Shown here: one piece after another, positions 11,331-24,780 of the stretch
Layout: the number at the start of each line of letters is the position of its first letter
Numbering within the stretch: the first letter of the stretch is position 1
NCBI GenBank assembly: GCA_030390025.1
Contig: CM059432.1
Location: 43,712,001-43,776,000 of the forward strand
DNA: 64,000 nucleotides
Direction of reading: 5' to 3'
From: Squalus acanthias
Lineage: Eukaryota
Position numbers and translations under genes: made by a program
Notes under the pieces: generated by a model
Told to the model about the DNA's origin: nothing
What the model saw: the letters and a program-made list of their open reading frames with translations, nothing else
Databases searched by the model: none

Positions 11331-14262
11331 TTCTATGTATATTGTTCAGAATGTTTTATTTTTTCTGATCTGACATGGCAGATGACTCTTCCATTTCAAC
11401 TGATGTGAGTAGATCACAGCAGTGAGACATGGTCATCAAACATATTTCCCCTGATGATATATCAATGAATAATGACTTGGCTTGTTATCCCTTTCTGTGT
11501 TGTGATCGCAGTGTAGTCACACCATCTTGGTATGCCAGAGATTATAGTAGTTTGAATCTGATTGGTTAAAGAGATGCCTAACCACCTGAATTGAATAAAA
11601 CTAGAATGCCTTAAGAATCAGTGACGGTCGATGTAGTAGGCTGTGGAAGTCTCAGTTGTACTAATATTTGAACGCCTCCTCCACCACAGGAATGATAGAA
11701 TTTTGCAGATAATCATTTTTCCAGATGTTATTTAATAGAAAACATGTGGCTAGTTTGAAAATTGCAAAGAGTATTCAGTATACAAAGAGTTAACTCAAAC
11801 AATGCTATTTGTTTATAAAAAATTAGAGTCATGCTAAAAAAAATCACATTTTCTATCTAATGGCTAAAATAGAAGTTGGATTCCATTACTAATCATTTAA
11901 AGAAGTAGAATCATCTGCTGTAACATCCTAGGGCATTTCGAACATTAATCTTGTTTCTGTCCAGGATATCACCCATATGTAAAACAAATGTTAGAGCAGA
12001 GCATCATGCAGAGCTACTCATATAGCTGTTGATGTTGGATCAAATATATGTGACATGTGAAATTGTTGCAGGGATACTTTCTCTATCAAATATTTATGAA
12101 AAATTATGAAATACAGATGTGCTTTTTATTCCTTTTTTGAAATAAATCAAATGATTTATGTATTTTCTGAAGTTCCGTTTATAATTCAGTGCTTGTTGAG
12201 GATGTTAGTCTGTTCAGCTTTCAATAGAATTAAAGTCAAGAAAGGCGTTGGTCTTCCCAAATTTCTATGAACCCCATTTTTTCTTTTTTTATGGTAATCT
12301 AAACTTTTAAATAAAGTTGGAAGAAGAGTGAGTAGTTAAAGAAGATTTTAAATTGTAAGATAACTAGAACTGTCAATTACCTTTCTACCTAACACGTTAC
12401 TAATTGTGATCTACATAATTCCAGGTTTTCCATTTTTTTAAGGGATTCCGAACCAGAGATCGGTTGTGTTGGCATCTTGAAAATGAAAATTTAATTCAAA
12501 GTTTAAGTTCTTTTAATTGGATGACGTTGCTTTGATATTTTTAGCATTGTGGGACACTCCTCGCAATGGAGCTTCCTCCTGCTAGTGGAACAGGACTGTC
12601 AGTTCTGTAGATTTCTCTGTGGCCCCTCTCAAATCTATGATCAGACAGCAGGAAGTATGCTTCAGGCAGGGTGACCTGCATTACTTTATTTTTCTGCCTT
12701 CCTCCCTGAGGTGAAATGTTTCACTTCTATGTGGCACTCGGTCTAAAAACCCCAGCGGAGACCTGACAGACCTCACCCAGCTAAGCCAAATAAGTCGAAC
12801 TCATTTTTGTTTTGATTTTTGGCCTTTAAAGGAGATACTGCATCATTTTCTTTTTTTTTAATGTTTCTTTCAAAACCTTTATTGACAAGCACAATTCTCC
12901 AGGCGTTCTGAACGGTATTTTGTTGTGTTGTGAAGGACCCTATTTGTATCATTTAACTTTTCTCTATCAATGTTCTGTAATAGTTTCTTCTTCTGTAGCG
13001 GATTCTGGGTACAATAACATCATTGTGGGCCAGCAGCCAATTTGTGTTCTCTAGCTGTGCTCTATAATGCTCGACTGAATTTTGGCTCATGTATTAATAA
13101 AAAGTTCCATTTGACTTATTAGATCAAATCCTATGGAAAGTTATAGTAGGATTCATAAATTAGTAACATATCTTTCATAATGGGAGAATGTAAGCACACC
13201 TTAATCTTCCACCCGGGGTATATAATTTCATGTAGGCACAAATTTTTCATTGTTATTAAAGCAATCACATTACATCTAACTAACTTCTACTGAATTTCTT
13301 TTTCAATGTACGTACATGCATCTCTAGATTTATCACCTCAAGAAGTAACTTCTATCAAGATTTCAACAGATTGCTGTCTGAATTTTTCAGCATAGAAGGG
13401 AATTTCTTTTGGCAGCTATAGTATAAAGTAATTGAAATCAATTCCAGAAGTTACAAGCCGAAAGTTACAAGCACTGGGCTGAAAGATATTTCTATACAAG
13501 TAATCCTCACTATAATCTTCATAAATTCATTTGATGACTGTTGCAGGCAGGGGCAGCTCCATCAATGAGGTACTAATGTCCAACCCAAGCAGTCACACTT
13601 CCAACAAGTATTATTTGGTGCTAAGCCCACAGCATGAAGCCGATGGTCTGTGTAATATATTCTATTAATTATCTTATAAGGAATGAGTCGCAATATTAGA
13701 AGTGGTATGATAATAAATTATCCCAAACAGATTTCTGTTTACTTCTTTATCCTGAGATAAATCTTTCAACTTTAAGTGCTTGGGGCTCAAAATTCAGAGA
13801 TTATTTTGAGGCAAAAGTGGTGTAGTTCTGGAGCAAGGGTCTGGAATTTGGGATGTAATTCAAATACGGCAGAGTAACACCTATTCTAAAATACATGCTC
13901 GATGCCGGTAGAATTGACTACTGGTAGAAGATGCCTCCACCCCCCAAAGTGCTGCATGTCTGCAAATGAGAGGATAATGAGGGCAAAAACTGTAGTCCAA
14001 GAATTGACAACATTTACAACAGAATTGCACCTGACCGAAGTTAAACTTTTAGACAAGAGGTGTCAGTTACCTGCATGATTTGTCTGATTGGAAGTGGTAG
14101 ATTTCACAGGTTTTGAATATCCGCAACCTTTCTCTGAAACATCGTTTTTTAATGAATTGATTCAAAAAATCTTTTCTAGGCTGTGCAGCTAAGAAATAAT
14201 AGCGCAAACTGCCTTCCAGCAGTTTCAGACAGGGAAATCTTTTGCTTCTCTACCCTTCTGTC

Positions 14263-14540
14263 ATGGAGCCCTTATCGTGGGGTTCACAATGGGTATTCCC
14301 ATAAATGTCCTTATAATGGAGGCAGCTCAGGAGCGAGAAGAGAAGGAATTGAGAGAGGCATACAGGATTTATGCTATATCAACAGCGAAGATGGCCAACG
14401 AGGAGGTACCCTTCCACCAGAGTTTAACACCATGCCTCTCCCTCGATGATGTCTCAGACGAGGCCTGCTTAAGGAGGGAATGGTTCAGTAAGGAGACATA
14501 GAAGGAAATTTAGCTGCTGTTGTAAACTGACATCCATAAA
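14263..14540 (+). pseudogene. Harbinger (HARBI1-like) transposase N-terminal remnant
   Basis: SLDDVSDEACLRREWFSKET resembles the HARBI1-family N-terminal motif; TIR-like GGGGCTCAAAATTC upstream at 13782. Confidence 0.55.
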
Positions 14541-14736
14541 TCCTCTCGAACACAAAACACAAAGAAAAGACTTACCTCAGAACAATGAGCTTCATACCAC
14601 AAAGTGGATTTACTGTACACATATATATTACAGAGTGCAACCTTTTACCAGCATGCCTATCCCAGATGCCTCTCTGTGCTGTTCTTAAATCTATGCTGAT
14701 GTTACACTAAGGTGATATCTGAGAGCCGGGGTGGGG

Positions 14737-15507
14737 GGGGGAGAAATTCGGCTGCTTTGCACCTCCCGTTAGCGCCTGGGGAGAGGCGGTAACAGGGCTC
14801 TAAGAGGTTAGCGACTGGGTGCGGCGAATTCAGCGACGCCCGCGAACTTCCCTGCCGGTTTAGCGCTGGCGCTAACATTTACCACCTCGCACTCTAGCGC
14901 CTCACAGATCGTGACGTCATAAAGTGCGCAGTGCCCCGTTACCGCCCCAGATGTGAAATTGCCTCCTGCCCCCTGCTGTATCGCCAGGCGTCAACAATGG
15001 CAGGAAGAGGAGGCGTTGTCACCTCGGCTTTCCACTTGGGGAGCGCTAATTAAAGGCAGTGGTTTTCAGGTAGGCCAAACTTTATTCTTTTCACCGGTCT
15101 GGTGCCTGCTGAAAGTTTTCAATGCTTTATTGCTGCGAGATGTCCGAGCCCTCCACTCTCTGAGAGTGTTTGGGGCTGTAATGGCAGTCACGCAGGTCGC
15201 CTGGCAACACAGAACTGAGCAGAAGTATGTTGTGCATCATCATTGGCCCTTCCCTTTAAGTGGGGGAAGCAGCCTCCGATGCCAGTATCTTTGCACTCCA
15301 CATTGTTCAGCGCTCTGCCACTACCGCCCCGCTTTCACACTTTAGTGCCCTAAGAGAAGTGGTTAGCGCTTGATTTAACGCTCCACTTCCCTCCTGGAGC
15401 GCGAAAGCTCAATTTCCTGGGACCAGAAAATGATGATCACCTGCCGATACTTTTCCGAGATTTCAAAAGTTATTGCCCCAAACGGGGTGCTACCGAATTT
15501 CTAGCCC
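14737..15507. mobile_element. Harbinger-type MITE
   Basis: TIRs GGGGGAGAAATTCGG / CCGAATTTCTAGCCC; same family as 43351-43995. Confidence 0.75.
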
Positions 15508-15599
15508 AGGGTCTCCAGTGGTGCTGAGGTATCATGAGCTTTTGGGGTCGAGTTGTTCCTCGTCTCATCTCAGGGCTTCTGTGTTCTAGGAGGAGTCTT

Positions 15600-16252
15600 C
15601 AGCAGGTTGCTTCAGCACTGCAGATGCGTGGGCAGCCTAGTTCTGTATCCTGACACCTCCTGATCAACCAGGGGTATTTGTAAATCACAAGGGCTTCCAC
15701 TGCATCAATGTGCAGCTGGTGTGTAGTTGTACAAGATATTTCTGCAGGTTTGCGCAAGATTCCTGGAGAGCTGCCATGATGCTTCGACCTGCGGGAATCC
15801 AAGCTCCCTAACCTCTTTGGATCTGCAAGCAGGCTGCGAGGAGACAAGGGATGCCCACTTCAAACTTAGCTGATGTCAAAAAACCAGATGAATGAAGCCC
15901 AACAGCGCTACATGGAATGCCATATGACCACCAGACGTGTGATCGAACAGGCCATTGGCATGCTGAAGATGCGCTTCAGGTGCCTAGACAGATCTGGAGG
16001 TGCCCTTCAGTGCGCACCAGGCAGTGTCTCCAAAATGGTCATGGTGTGCTGCACTCTGCACAACATTGCCCAGCAGTGAGGTTTGGACCTGCAGGAGGAA
16101 CAAGGCACAGAGCACAGATCGTCTATGGATGATTCGGAGGAGGAGGAGGAAGAAGACGAGGAAGGGGAAGGTGATGAGGGCAATGCAGCATCAGCTGCTC
16201 ACATTGGTGCCTGGGATACCAGGAATGCCCTTATTAATGCAAGGTTCACTTA
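15600..16252 (+). pseudogene. Harbinger DDE transposase C-terminal half (decayed)
   Basis: GVFVNHKGFHCINVQLVC; GDKG; RYMECHMTTRRVIEQAIGMLKMRFRCLD...CCTLHNIA (HARBI1/DDE_Tnp_4 signature). Confidence 0.85.
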
Positions 16253-16557
16253 GGTTGCACCAGTGGACCGATGTCAGAACTACATGCAACGGCCCTCTTC
16301 CATCCCCCCGGAATGCCACTGACACAAAGCAATCTTGCAAACAACCAACCACCCCTTGCACATCCCCCCATTGGTCCCCGTCAATTCATGTCTTCCCATT
16401 ATCATCTCATATCATCAAAGGTGACTTGCCACCCAGCAACCAAGAATGAGCAAGGTGGGAAAGTGGTGCGAACTAATAAAATTAGTGATTCTACTAAAGA
16501 ACGGAAACTTAACAACATAACATTTTCTCATACACCCATGCGCATACACATGTGCAG

Positions 16558-19500
16558 CTACAAAGCTTTACTCTTCCTTTTCCTACTGCTCCTATGTGGT
16601 GCAACCCCTCTGGCTTCAGCAGAGGTAGAGGCAGGCTGCACAAATCCCTGTTCTGACTGCTGAGATTTTCTTGGCTGACGACATCTGGGTTTTGGAGCCT
16701 GTGAGGGCCCCACAAAAGACTGCTCCACCTGCACCTGTGCAGGGCTAGACTCGGCCATTGGGACACGAGGCAGCATGTTAGGTACTGAGGGGTGAGAAGT
16801 GGAAGTGCTTTGAGTGAAGCCCCCACTTCCATGTCCCCTTTCATCATCATTCCTATCATGGGCCAGCCACACTTCACTGCTACCATTCTGCTGGAGAGCA
16901 GCTTGCTGCAGATCAGTGTGGTGCTGTAAGGCCAAGGCTGAGGTGTCTGTCATCCTAGTTAAGGTGGCAGACATGTTGGCATCCAGAGTCTGCACGGCCG
17001 TGGTCAAGGCCTGCATGGACTCAGTTGATTGCTGCGTTTGATGTTCCACAGAGTTGGCCACTCTATCCATGCAAGAAGACATCATTGCAATGCCCTGCAA
17101 TATCATCCCACTCATGCTTGAGGTGGACTCCTCCATTCTCTCTGCAATCGTGGTCAGTGTGCTTGGAAGGTCTGTCAGTACATAGAACATAGAACAGTAC
17201 AGCACAGTACAGGCCCTTCGGCCCTCGATGTTGTGCCGAGCATTGTCCGAAACCAAGATCAAGCTATCCCACTCCCTATCATTCTGGTGTGCTCCATGTG
17301 CTTATCCAATAACTGCTTGAAAGTTCCTAAAGTGTCCGACTCCACTATCACAGCAGGCAGTCCATTCCACACCCCAACCACTCTCTGAGTAAAGAATCTA
17401 CCTCGGACATCCCTTCTATATCTCCCCCCATGCACCTTATAGTTATGCCCCCTTGTAACAGCTACATCCACCCGAGGAAATAGTCTCTGAACATCCACTC
17501 TATCTATCCCCCTCATCATCTTATAAACCTCTATTAAGTCGCCTCTCATCCTCCTCTGCTCTAAAGAGAAAAGCCCTAGCTCCCTCAATCTTTCCTCATA
17601 AGACCTCCCCCCCAAACCAGGCAGCATCCTGGTAAATCTCCTTTGCACTCTTTCCAATGCTTCCACGTCCTTCCTATAGTGAGGTGACCAGAACTGCACA
17701 CAATATTCCAAATGTGGTCTCACCAAGGTCCTGTACAGTTGCAGCATAACCTCACTGTTCTTAAACTCAAACCCCTTGTTAATAAACGCTAACACACTAT
17801 AGGCCTTCTTTACTGCTCTATCCACTTGAGTGGCAACCTTCAGAGATCTGTGGATATGAACCCCCAGATCCCTCTGTTCCTCCACGTTCCTCAGAACCCT
17901 GCCGTTGACCCTGTAATCCTTATTCAAATTTGCCCTACCAAAATGAATCACCTCGCACTTATCAGGGTTAAATTCCATCTGCCATTTTTCGGCCCAGCTC
18001 TGCATCCTATCAATGTCTCTTTGCAGCCTACAACAGCCCTCCACCTCATCCACTACTCCACCAATCTTGGTGTCATCAGCAAATTTACTGATCCACCCTT
18101 CAGTCCCCTCCTCCAAGTCATTGATAAAAATCACAAACAGCAGAGGACCCAGCACCGACCCCTGTGGCACACCGCTGGTAACTGGTCTCCAGTCCGAAAA
18201 TGTTCCATCCACCACCACCCTCTGCCTTCTATGAGATAGCCAGTTACTTATCCAATCGGCCAAATTTCCCTCTATCCCACAACTCCTTACTTTCTTCATG
18301 AGCCGATCATGGGGAACCTTATCAAACGCCTTACTAAAATCCATGTATACGACATCAACTGCTCTACCTTCATCTACACACTTAGTTACCTCCTCAAAGA
18401 ATTCAATCAAATTTGTTAGGCAAGACTTACCCTTCACGAATCCGTGTTGACTATTCCGGATTAAGTTGCATCTTTCCAAATGGTCATAAATCCTATCCCT
18501 CAGGACCTTTTCCATTATCTTACCAACCACCGAAGTGAGACTAACCGGCCTATAATTACCAGGGTCATTCCTATTTCCTTTCTTGAAGAGAGGAACAACA
18601 TTCGCCACTCTCCAGTCCTCTGGCACCATCCCCGTGGACAGTGAGGACCCAAAGATCAAAGCCAAAGGCTCTGCAATCTCCTCCCTTGCCTCCCAAAGAA
18701 TCCTAGGATATATCCCATTGTACATTCTCTGCTGCTCAATGATTCTCCTTTTCATCGACGACCCCCAGGGTACAGCATCTGTGTCCAACTGAGCAGAGCT
18801 TGGAGAGGGCTGCACCCTCCAAAGCGGACTCTCTACCGCTGTCCCCATCACCAGCATCTGCTCTTGCTCACTTGTGAAGTGAGTCACCAAGTAAAAACCC
18901 AAATATTTGTCTAACTGGTATCACCAAAGTGGAAGTATCTGAACTGGTGCATGGTAAGCATGAGTCCTGTGACGGTGCACCCTCAGTTTTAATCATCTCC
19001 TCTGAGGATTCATCGTCCGCGAGGTCCATGGACTCCTGCTGCACACGTGAAGGCCCTGACAGAGATAAAAGATATGAATTAGTACTGGTAAAGTGAAAAT
19101 GTTGCGACTTATCATTATGGAGATGACCATATTTCACTCCCTGTTGAAATTAAGTCAACATGACTGAGTGTTGTATGACATGTGTGTGCATTATATTTGA
19201 TTCCATCACCAGGTAGCTGGGAGGTCCACGTCTCCCCATCTCTGATGGCCAGGGATGCCGAGAAGCCACTGATCTCCAGCACTTCCTCCTCTGCAGTGTC
19301 GCCTTCGCTTCTCTCCCTCTCCCTTGTGTTTTGTGCTCTTTTCTCCTGCAACGGGGGAAAGAGCAGACCTATGTGTGACTGTAATGGCATGTGTTTATCC
19401 AATGGTGCAGTACATTTGGTGAGGGTGACTGTCAGGGAGAGGCATGAAATTGCATAAGGATGAGGGTGAGTGGCAGTGGTGGATGGATAGATGAGGATAT

Positions 19501-19850
19501 GAAGAAGTGCATAGAAAGAGAAGGATGGGTGAGTGAGGGGAGGGTGGGGGTGATGCACACAGCAGGATGGAGGTGAATAAGGGAGGCATCAGTGAAGTGG
19601 GGGGCAGCCTTTCACCAGCCTGAATCTATTCTCACAGTTCATCTTCTCTTGCTTCCAACTCCCAACTCCTCCAAATTCCATCTTTTGGATTGGCCCTTTA
19701 AATACTGGAGTTGAACGTCAAACCTGGAAGTGAAATGATAATGAGGTGGCAGCGTTAAAAAGCCACTGACAGATGCACTGAACTTACTTCCAGGTTTCCC
19801 ACGTGATATCGGACCACCCACCCCCCTCACCCTGCTGAACAATTAGGATT
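16558..19850 (-). pseudogene. Harbinger Myb/SANT-like accessory gene (multi-exon, decayed) and element terminal region
   Basis: Convergent with the transposase; coiled-coil C-terminal exon ending RSSRKRKSKAL; minus-strand acceptors near 19055 and 19346; 19670-19830 is the reverse homolog of 44380-44600; split by a CR1. Confidence 0.7.
17184..18719 (-). mobile_element. young 5'-truncated CR1 LINE with uninterrupted RT frame
   Basis: Open frame from ~18715 to 17259 with all RT motifs (FADDTK); (TTCTATG)n tail; apparent TSD GTACAT (17178-17183, 18720-18725). Confidence 0.9.
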
Positions 19851-21464
19851 TCCAAGTCTGCTGCAAAAACATCCTAGTGCTTCCACTCTCAGGCATATAA
19901 GGTTAAAGAGATACTGATTGGAGGCCAAATATTTTATCACAGACAGGGAAGTCCCAGACTGCTCTTGTACATCTCCCAGCAGGTGGTCAGAGAAACATTA
20001 TCTACAGTTAATGTATGGCCTCGGGAGACAAGGGGACAAAATAATAGGGAAAAATATCTCCCCTCCAATGTTTTAAAAGTTTCCTAAGGCATGGTCCTAC
20101 GAGGCCCAATATGGTCACAGTAGTATAGGAAATCAGTGTAATTGTTTTATATCTTTGAACACTGGAAGCTGCTACCTCCATTATTGATGGTTATATAAAG
20201 GTGAGGGTGGTTATCAATGTGCTGGGACTGTTGCTCAGTTCAGAAGTGAAGATACTTGCATGATAAATCAGAAGTCGGGAAAGATAACTAAGAATAATTA
20301 AATAGAACTGTACTGATCATTTTTGCAAATGCTTTATGAGAAAAAATATGTATGTTTTCAAAGCTGCAAAGGGAATTTAATGCTCAATGGGTTAATAAAG
20401 AAAAAGTGACTTCTGCTAAGGCTGACAGTACTAAAATAAAATGGATCCTCAAGGACATCTTTGTTCCCATGGGCAGGTATCTTAATGCTGTTCCTTGAAT
20501 TATAGAGTTACTATTTGTTGTATGATACCATCATGGAACTGTCTGCTTACTGTGAATGAGTAAGATAATCCATTCTGCTGGTACTGTGAAAACATCAATA
20601 AGCAATAGTCTCCACTGTGTGGCACGTAGCCACTGTACTAAAAAAAAGAAAATTGCTCTTTGATGTCACTGACGTAAATGTATTGCCTGCTGCAAGACAG
20701 TTAACAGGCAATAGTGAAAACTAATTAGTCGTGACTTTATCCCAATGGTGCACTAAAATATAGTTCAGTTTGACAAGGGACTGAATTAAATATCACACCA
20801 GATGTGATGGCCATGGAATGGCATGGTGAAATATAGTTTGTAATTTTGACTTCTTATGGAGGGTGAGTTCATTACTACCAAGCCCCATAAATGCTGTTAC
20901 TCACCATCCCCATTGCATTCATTTTAATTAATGACAAAAAGTACTTTTTGAAAGAATAAAACAATGAAGAGAACAATAGTTAAGAAAACAATAAAATGAA
21001 AAATAGCAAGGAAAATGCTCCGGCATAACATGATGCATGATTAAGTGAAGGTGCTGACATAATAGATTTCTTAATTCACTTATAATCACAAATCACCAGA
21101 CTTACTGGCAGTGACCCAGTAGCAGTTTATAGTGACAGGCTCATTAATAAAATAGCTACTTGTGTGTCTGTAAAAAAAGAGTTAGAATATGATACTTTTA
21201 ATGAGAGACAGAATTCGCCACAGGAGTGACACTGATGAAGTACACTGATGGACAGGTTTCTTGAACTTCTAATTTTTTTTTTAAATAACAAGGTTAAGCA
21301 ATACTGACGTGATACTAGAGGTCACTTGCTACTGTTAGATATATGTATATTTATAGATATTTTCTGATAGTAAAAGAGAATTATAGCATAAAATTATGTT
21401 GTCTGATAATGAGTATATGATTGCTTAACACAGTATATGGCATAATTTGTCCAACAGAGGCATT

Positions 21465-22234
21465 GGGCCGGATTTTGCAGTCAGCGGCGAAGTGACGACA
21501 CTTGCCGTTGACCTCGAAGAAAACTGCTCACAAAATTTTAGCGGGCTCTGTAGCATCAATTTCACCTTTTCCAATGTTAATTTCATTCTGGCGCCATCTA
21601 TAGGGGAACTCTGGTGCCAGCAAAAGTGATGTCATCAAGCAGGCTAAGCAGCCAATCACACTGAAGAATTCTCACAGGGCACAAACCGGGAAGTAATAAG
21701 CAAGTTTTATCATTCACTTTTTATAATTTTACAGAAAGCGAAATAAAGATTGGGACATACAGATGAGATTATGGTAGAAGCTGAAATACCATAAACTTAA
21801 AAAAAATATATTTTTTAATTTTATCTTTAAAATCTATGGAATTTTTATCATGGAATGAAGAAAATGACACTCCACACTTATAAAATAAGTTTTTCAGGAC
21901 CAGAGAGGTTGTTCAGCAGTAATTATAATTTAGTGGGCCGTTAAAAACTCAGTTACACCTCATTCAACAAGGCTTAACTTTTTCAAGGGTTTTTACAGCG
22001 AGAATAGTGCATAAAAAGTGGAAGTTCACGTCAATTCAGTGATTCTAATTGATTTCCATCTGCGAGGACTGCAACAGCGCACTCTGTGGAGGCGCAGGAT
22101 ATCACTGACAGCAACTTCAGGGTTTCCGCGTTTAAATGCGTATGTGTGAACGCCAGAAGTTGCTGTCAGTTTTACATAATAATGACGGCAAACGCTAACA
22201 GTTTCGCCGCCATTATAACCGCAAATTCCGGGCC
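21465..22234. mobile_element. Harbinger-type MITE
   Basis: TIRs GGGCCGGATTTTGC / GCAAATTCCGGGCC; 3-bp TSD ATT on both sides. Confidence 0.8.
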
Positions 22235-23104
22235 ATTAAAGCATGGAAAAACTAGAAATTCGATCGCACTTGAAAACGGGAGTGTAGGGGGCGCAATTCA
22301 AGCTCCTGTTTGCCTGGTCTCTGCCAGTACGTTAAATTGGTGCTGGGACCTCATTACAATGTGGCAGATGTACAATATTCATTGGGTACACTCCTGTTTG
22401 GGGGGAGGAGTGGAAATCTGGTTTAGCTGACCCCATTTAAAGGCAGCCAGCACCTCTTAAAGGGGAGGGGCACTCTGGTTGCAGACAGCAAAGAACACTG
22501 CAGAATAAAAAGATGGCTGGGAAAATCACTGACAGAGCACCCAGATTCTGTGATGCCAGGTGGTGGACAGCAGGAGCAAGTGCCTCTTCTCCCCCAGAGG
22601 GTATAAGGCCTTCTAGGCAACACCAATGAAAAGAGATGGCTGAGCTAATGAATGCCAAGAGCTTAGCTCCCAGGACATAGCTACAATGCAGCAAGAAGTT
22701 CAATGACGTGTCCAGAGTTGTTAAGATAACAATACCTCTCTGTTACTCCCTGCTCATACCTCCATGACCTCCAGCCTCACTACTCACGATACTAACCGCT
22801 CCCACTTCCCTTCACTCTCCTATAATCGCTGCACCACTCTTCACTACATCTCTTTCACCTCATACTCACACACTCTGCGCTTCTTACTCTCACCACTATT
22901 CCAACCCTTATTTCCCCAAACCTCACATCTGAGACGCTACAGTTAAGCTATTCCACCATGATAGTCACATTCTCTAATCATCTCACAAGGATCTCACTAA
23001 CATTCTCTTCTTTCTTTCAGGAAAAGGACATCTGGCCCACAATTTGCGACAAGAGGCATCGAATGGACAAGGCACAGCCTGCCTCTACACACTTTCCCTT
23101 CTAT

Positions 23105-24780
23105 AACAACAATTTGCATTTATATATTGCCCTTAACGTAGTAAAACATCCCAAGGCGCTTTACAGGAGTGTTCTCAGAAAAAAATTGACACCAAGTCAC
23201 ATAAGGAGATATTAGGGCAGGTGACAAAAAGCTTGGTCAAAGAGATAGTTTTAAGGAGCATCTTAAAGTGGGAGAGAAAGGTAGAGAGGCAGAGAGGTTT
23301 AGGGAGCAAATTCCAGAGCTTAGGGCCTAGGCAGCAGAAGGCACAGCTGCCAATGGTGGAGCGATGAAAATCAGGGATGTGCAAGAGACCAGAATGGGAG
23401 GAGCGCTGAGATCTCGGAGTGTTGTAGGACTGGAGGAGGTTACAGAGATAGGCAGGGGCAAGACCATGGAGGGAATTGAAAATAATTATGAGAATTTAAA
23501 ATCAAAGCATTTGATAAGGTGCCACATAAGAAGTTACTACACAAAATTAGGACTCATGGTATTGGGGGTAATATATTAGCATGGATTAAGGATTGGTTAA
23601 TGGACAGAAAACAGAGAGTAGGAATAAATGGGACTTTTTCAGGTTGGCAGGCTATAACTAGCAGAGTACCGCAAGGATCAGTGCTTGGGCCTCAGCTATT
23701 TACAATCTATATTAATGACTGAGATGAAGGGACTAAGTGTAACGTATCCAAATTTGCTGATGATACAAAGTTAGGTGGGAAAGTAAGCTGTGAGGAGGAA
23801 GCAAAGAGGCTGCAGAGGGATATAGACAGGTTGACTGAGTGGGCAAGAACATGGCAAATGGAATACAATGTGAGGAAGTGTGAAGTTATCCACTTTGGTA
23901 GGAAAAATAAAAAAGCAGAATATTTTTTGAATGGTAAGAGACTGGGAAATGTTTGCACTCAGAGGGACCTGGGTATCCTTGTACATGAATCACAGAAAGT
24001 TAACATGCAGGTACAGCAAGCAATTAGGAAAACAAATGGTATGTTAGCTTTGTTACAAAGGGATTAGAGTATAAGATTAAAGAAGTCTTACTACAATTAG
24101 ACAGGGCATTGGCGAGGTCACACCTGGAGTACTGTGTACAGTTCTGGTCTCCTTACCTAAGGAAAGACATACTTGCCTTAGAGGGAGTGCAGCGAAGGTT
24201 CACTGGACTGGTTCCTGGGATGAGGGGATTGCCCGATGAGGAGAGATTGAGTAGACTAGGCCTATATTCTTTAGAGTTTAGAAGAATGAGATGTGATCTA
24301 ATTGAAACATATAAAATTCTTAAGGAGCTTTACAGGGTTAATGCTGGGAAAATGTTTCCCCTGGCTGGGGAATCTAGAACACGGGGTCACAGTCACAGAA
24401 TAAGGGGTCGGCCATTTAGGACTGAGATGAGAAATTTCTTCACTCAAAGGATTGTGAATCTTTGGAATTCTCTACCCCAGAGAGGTGTGGATGCTCAGTC
24501 GTTGAGTATATTCAAGACAGAGGTCCATAAATTTTTGGGAACAAAGGGAATTAAGGGATATGGGGATAGTGCGGGAAGGTGGAGTTGAGGTAGAAGATCA
24601 GCCATGATTTTGTTGAATGGCGGAGCAGGCTCGAAGGGCCAAATGGCCTACTCCTGCTCCTATTTCTTATGTTCTTAAAGCGTTACCAGACCGGGAGCCA
24701 ATGTAGGTCAGCGAGCACTGGGGTGATGGGTGAACGGATCTTGGTGCTAGTTAGGATATAGGCAGCAGAGTTTTTGAGGA
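23105..24780 (-). mobile_element. L2 LINE 3' fragment interrupted by CR1
   Basis: AACAACAATTTGCATTTATA tail; GPKLWNLLP motif; L2 sequence resumes at ~24678. Confidence 0.75.
23506..24677 (+). mobile_element. CR1 LINE 3' part (RT)
   Basis: [48 protein letters not shown] tail. Confidence 0.9.
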
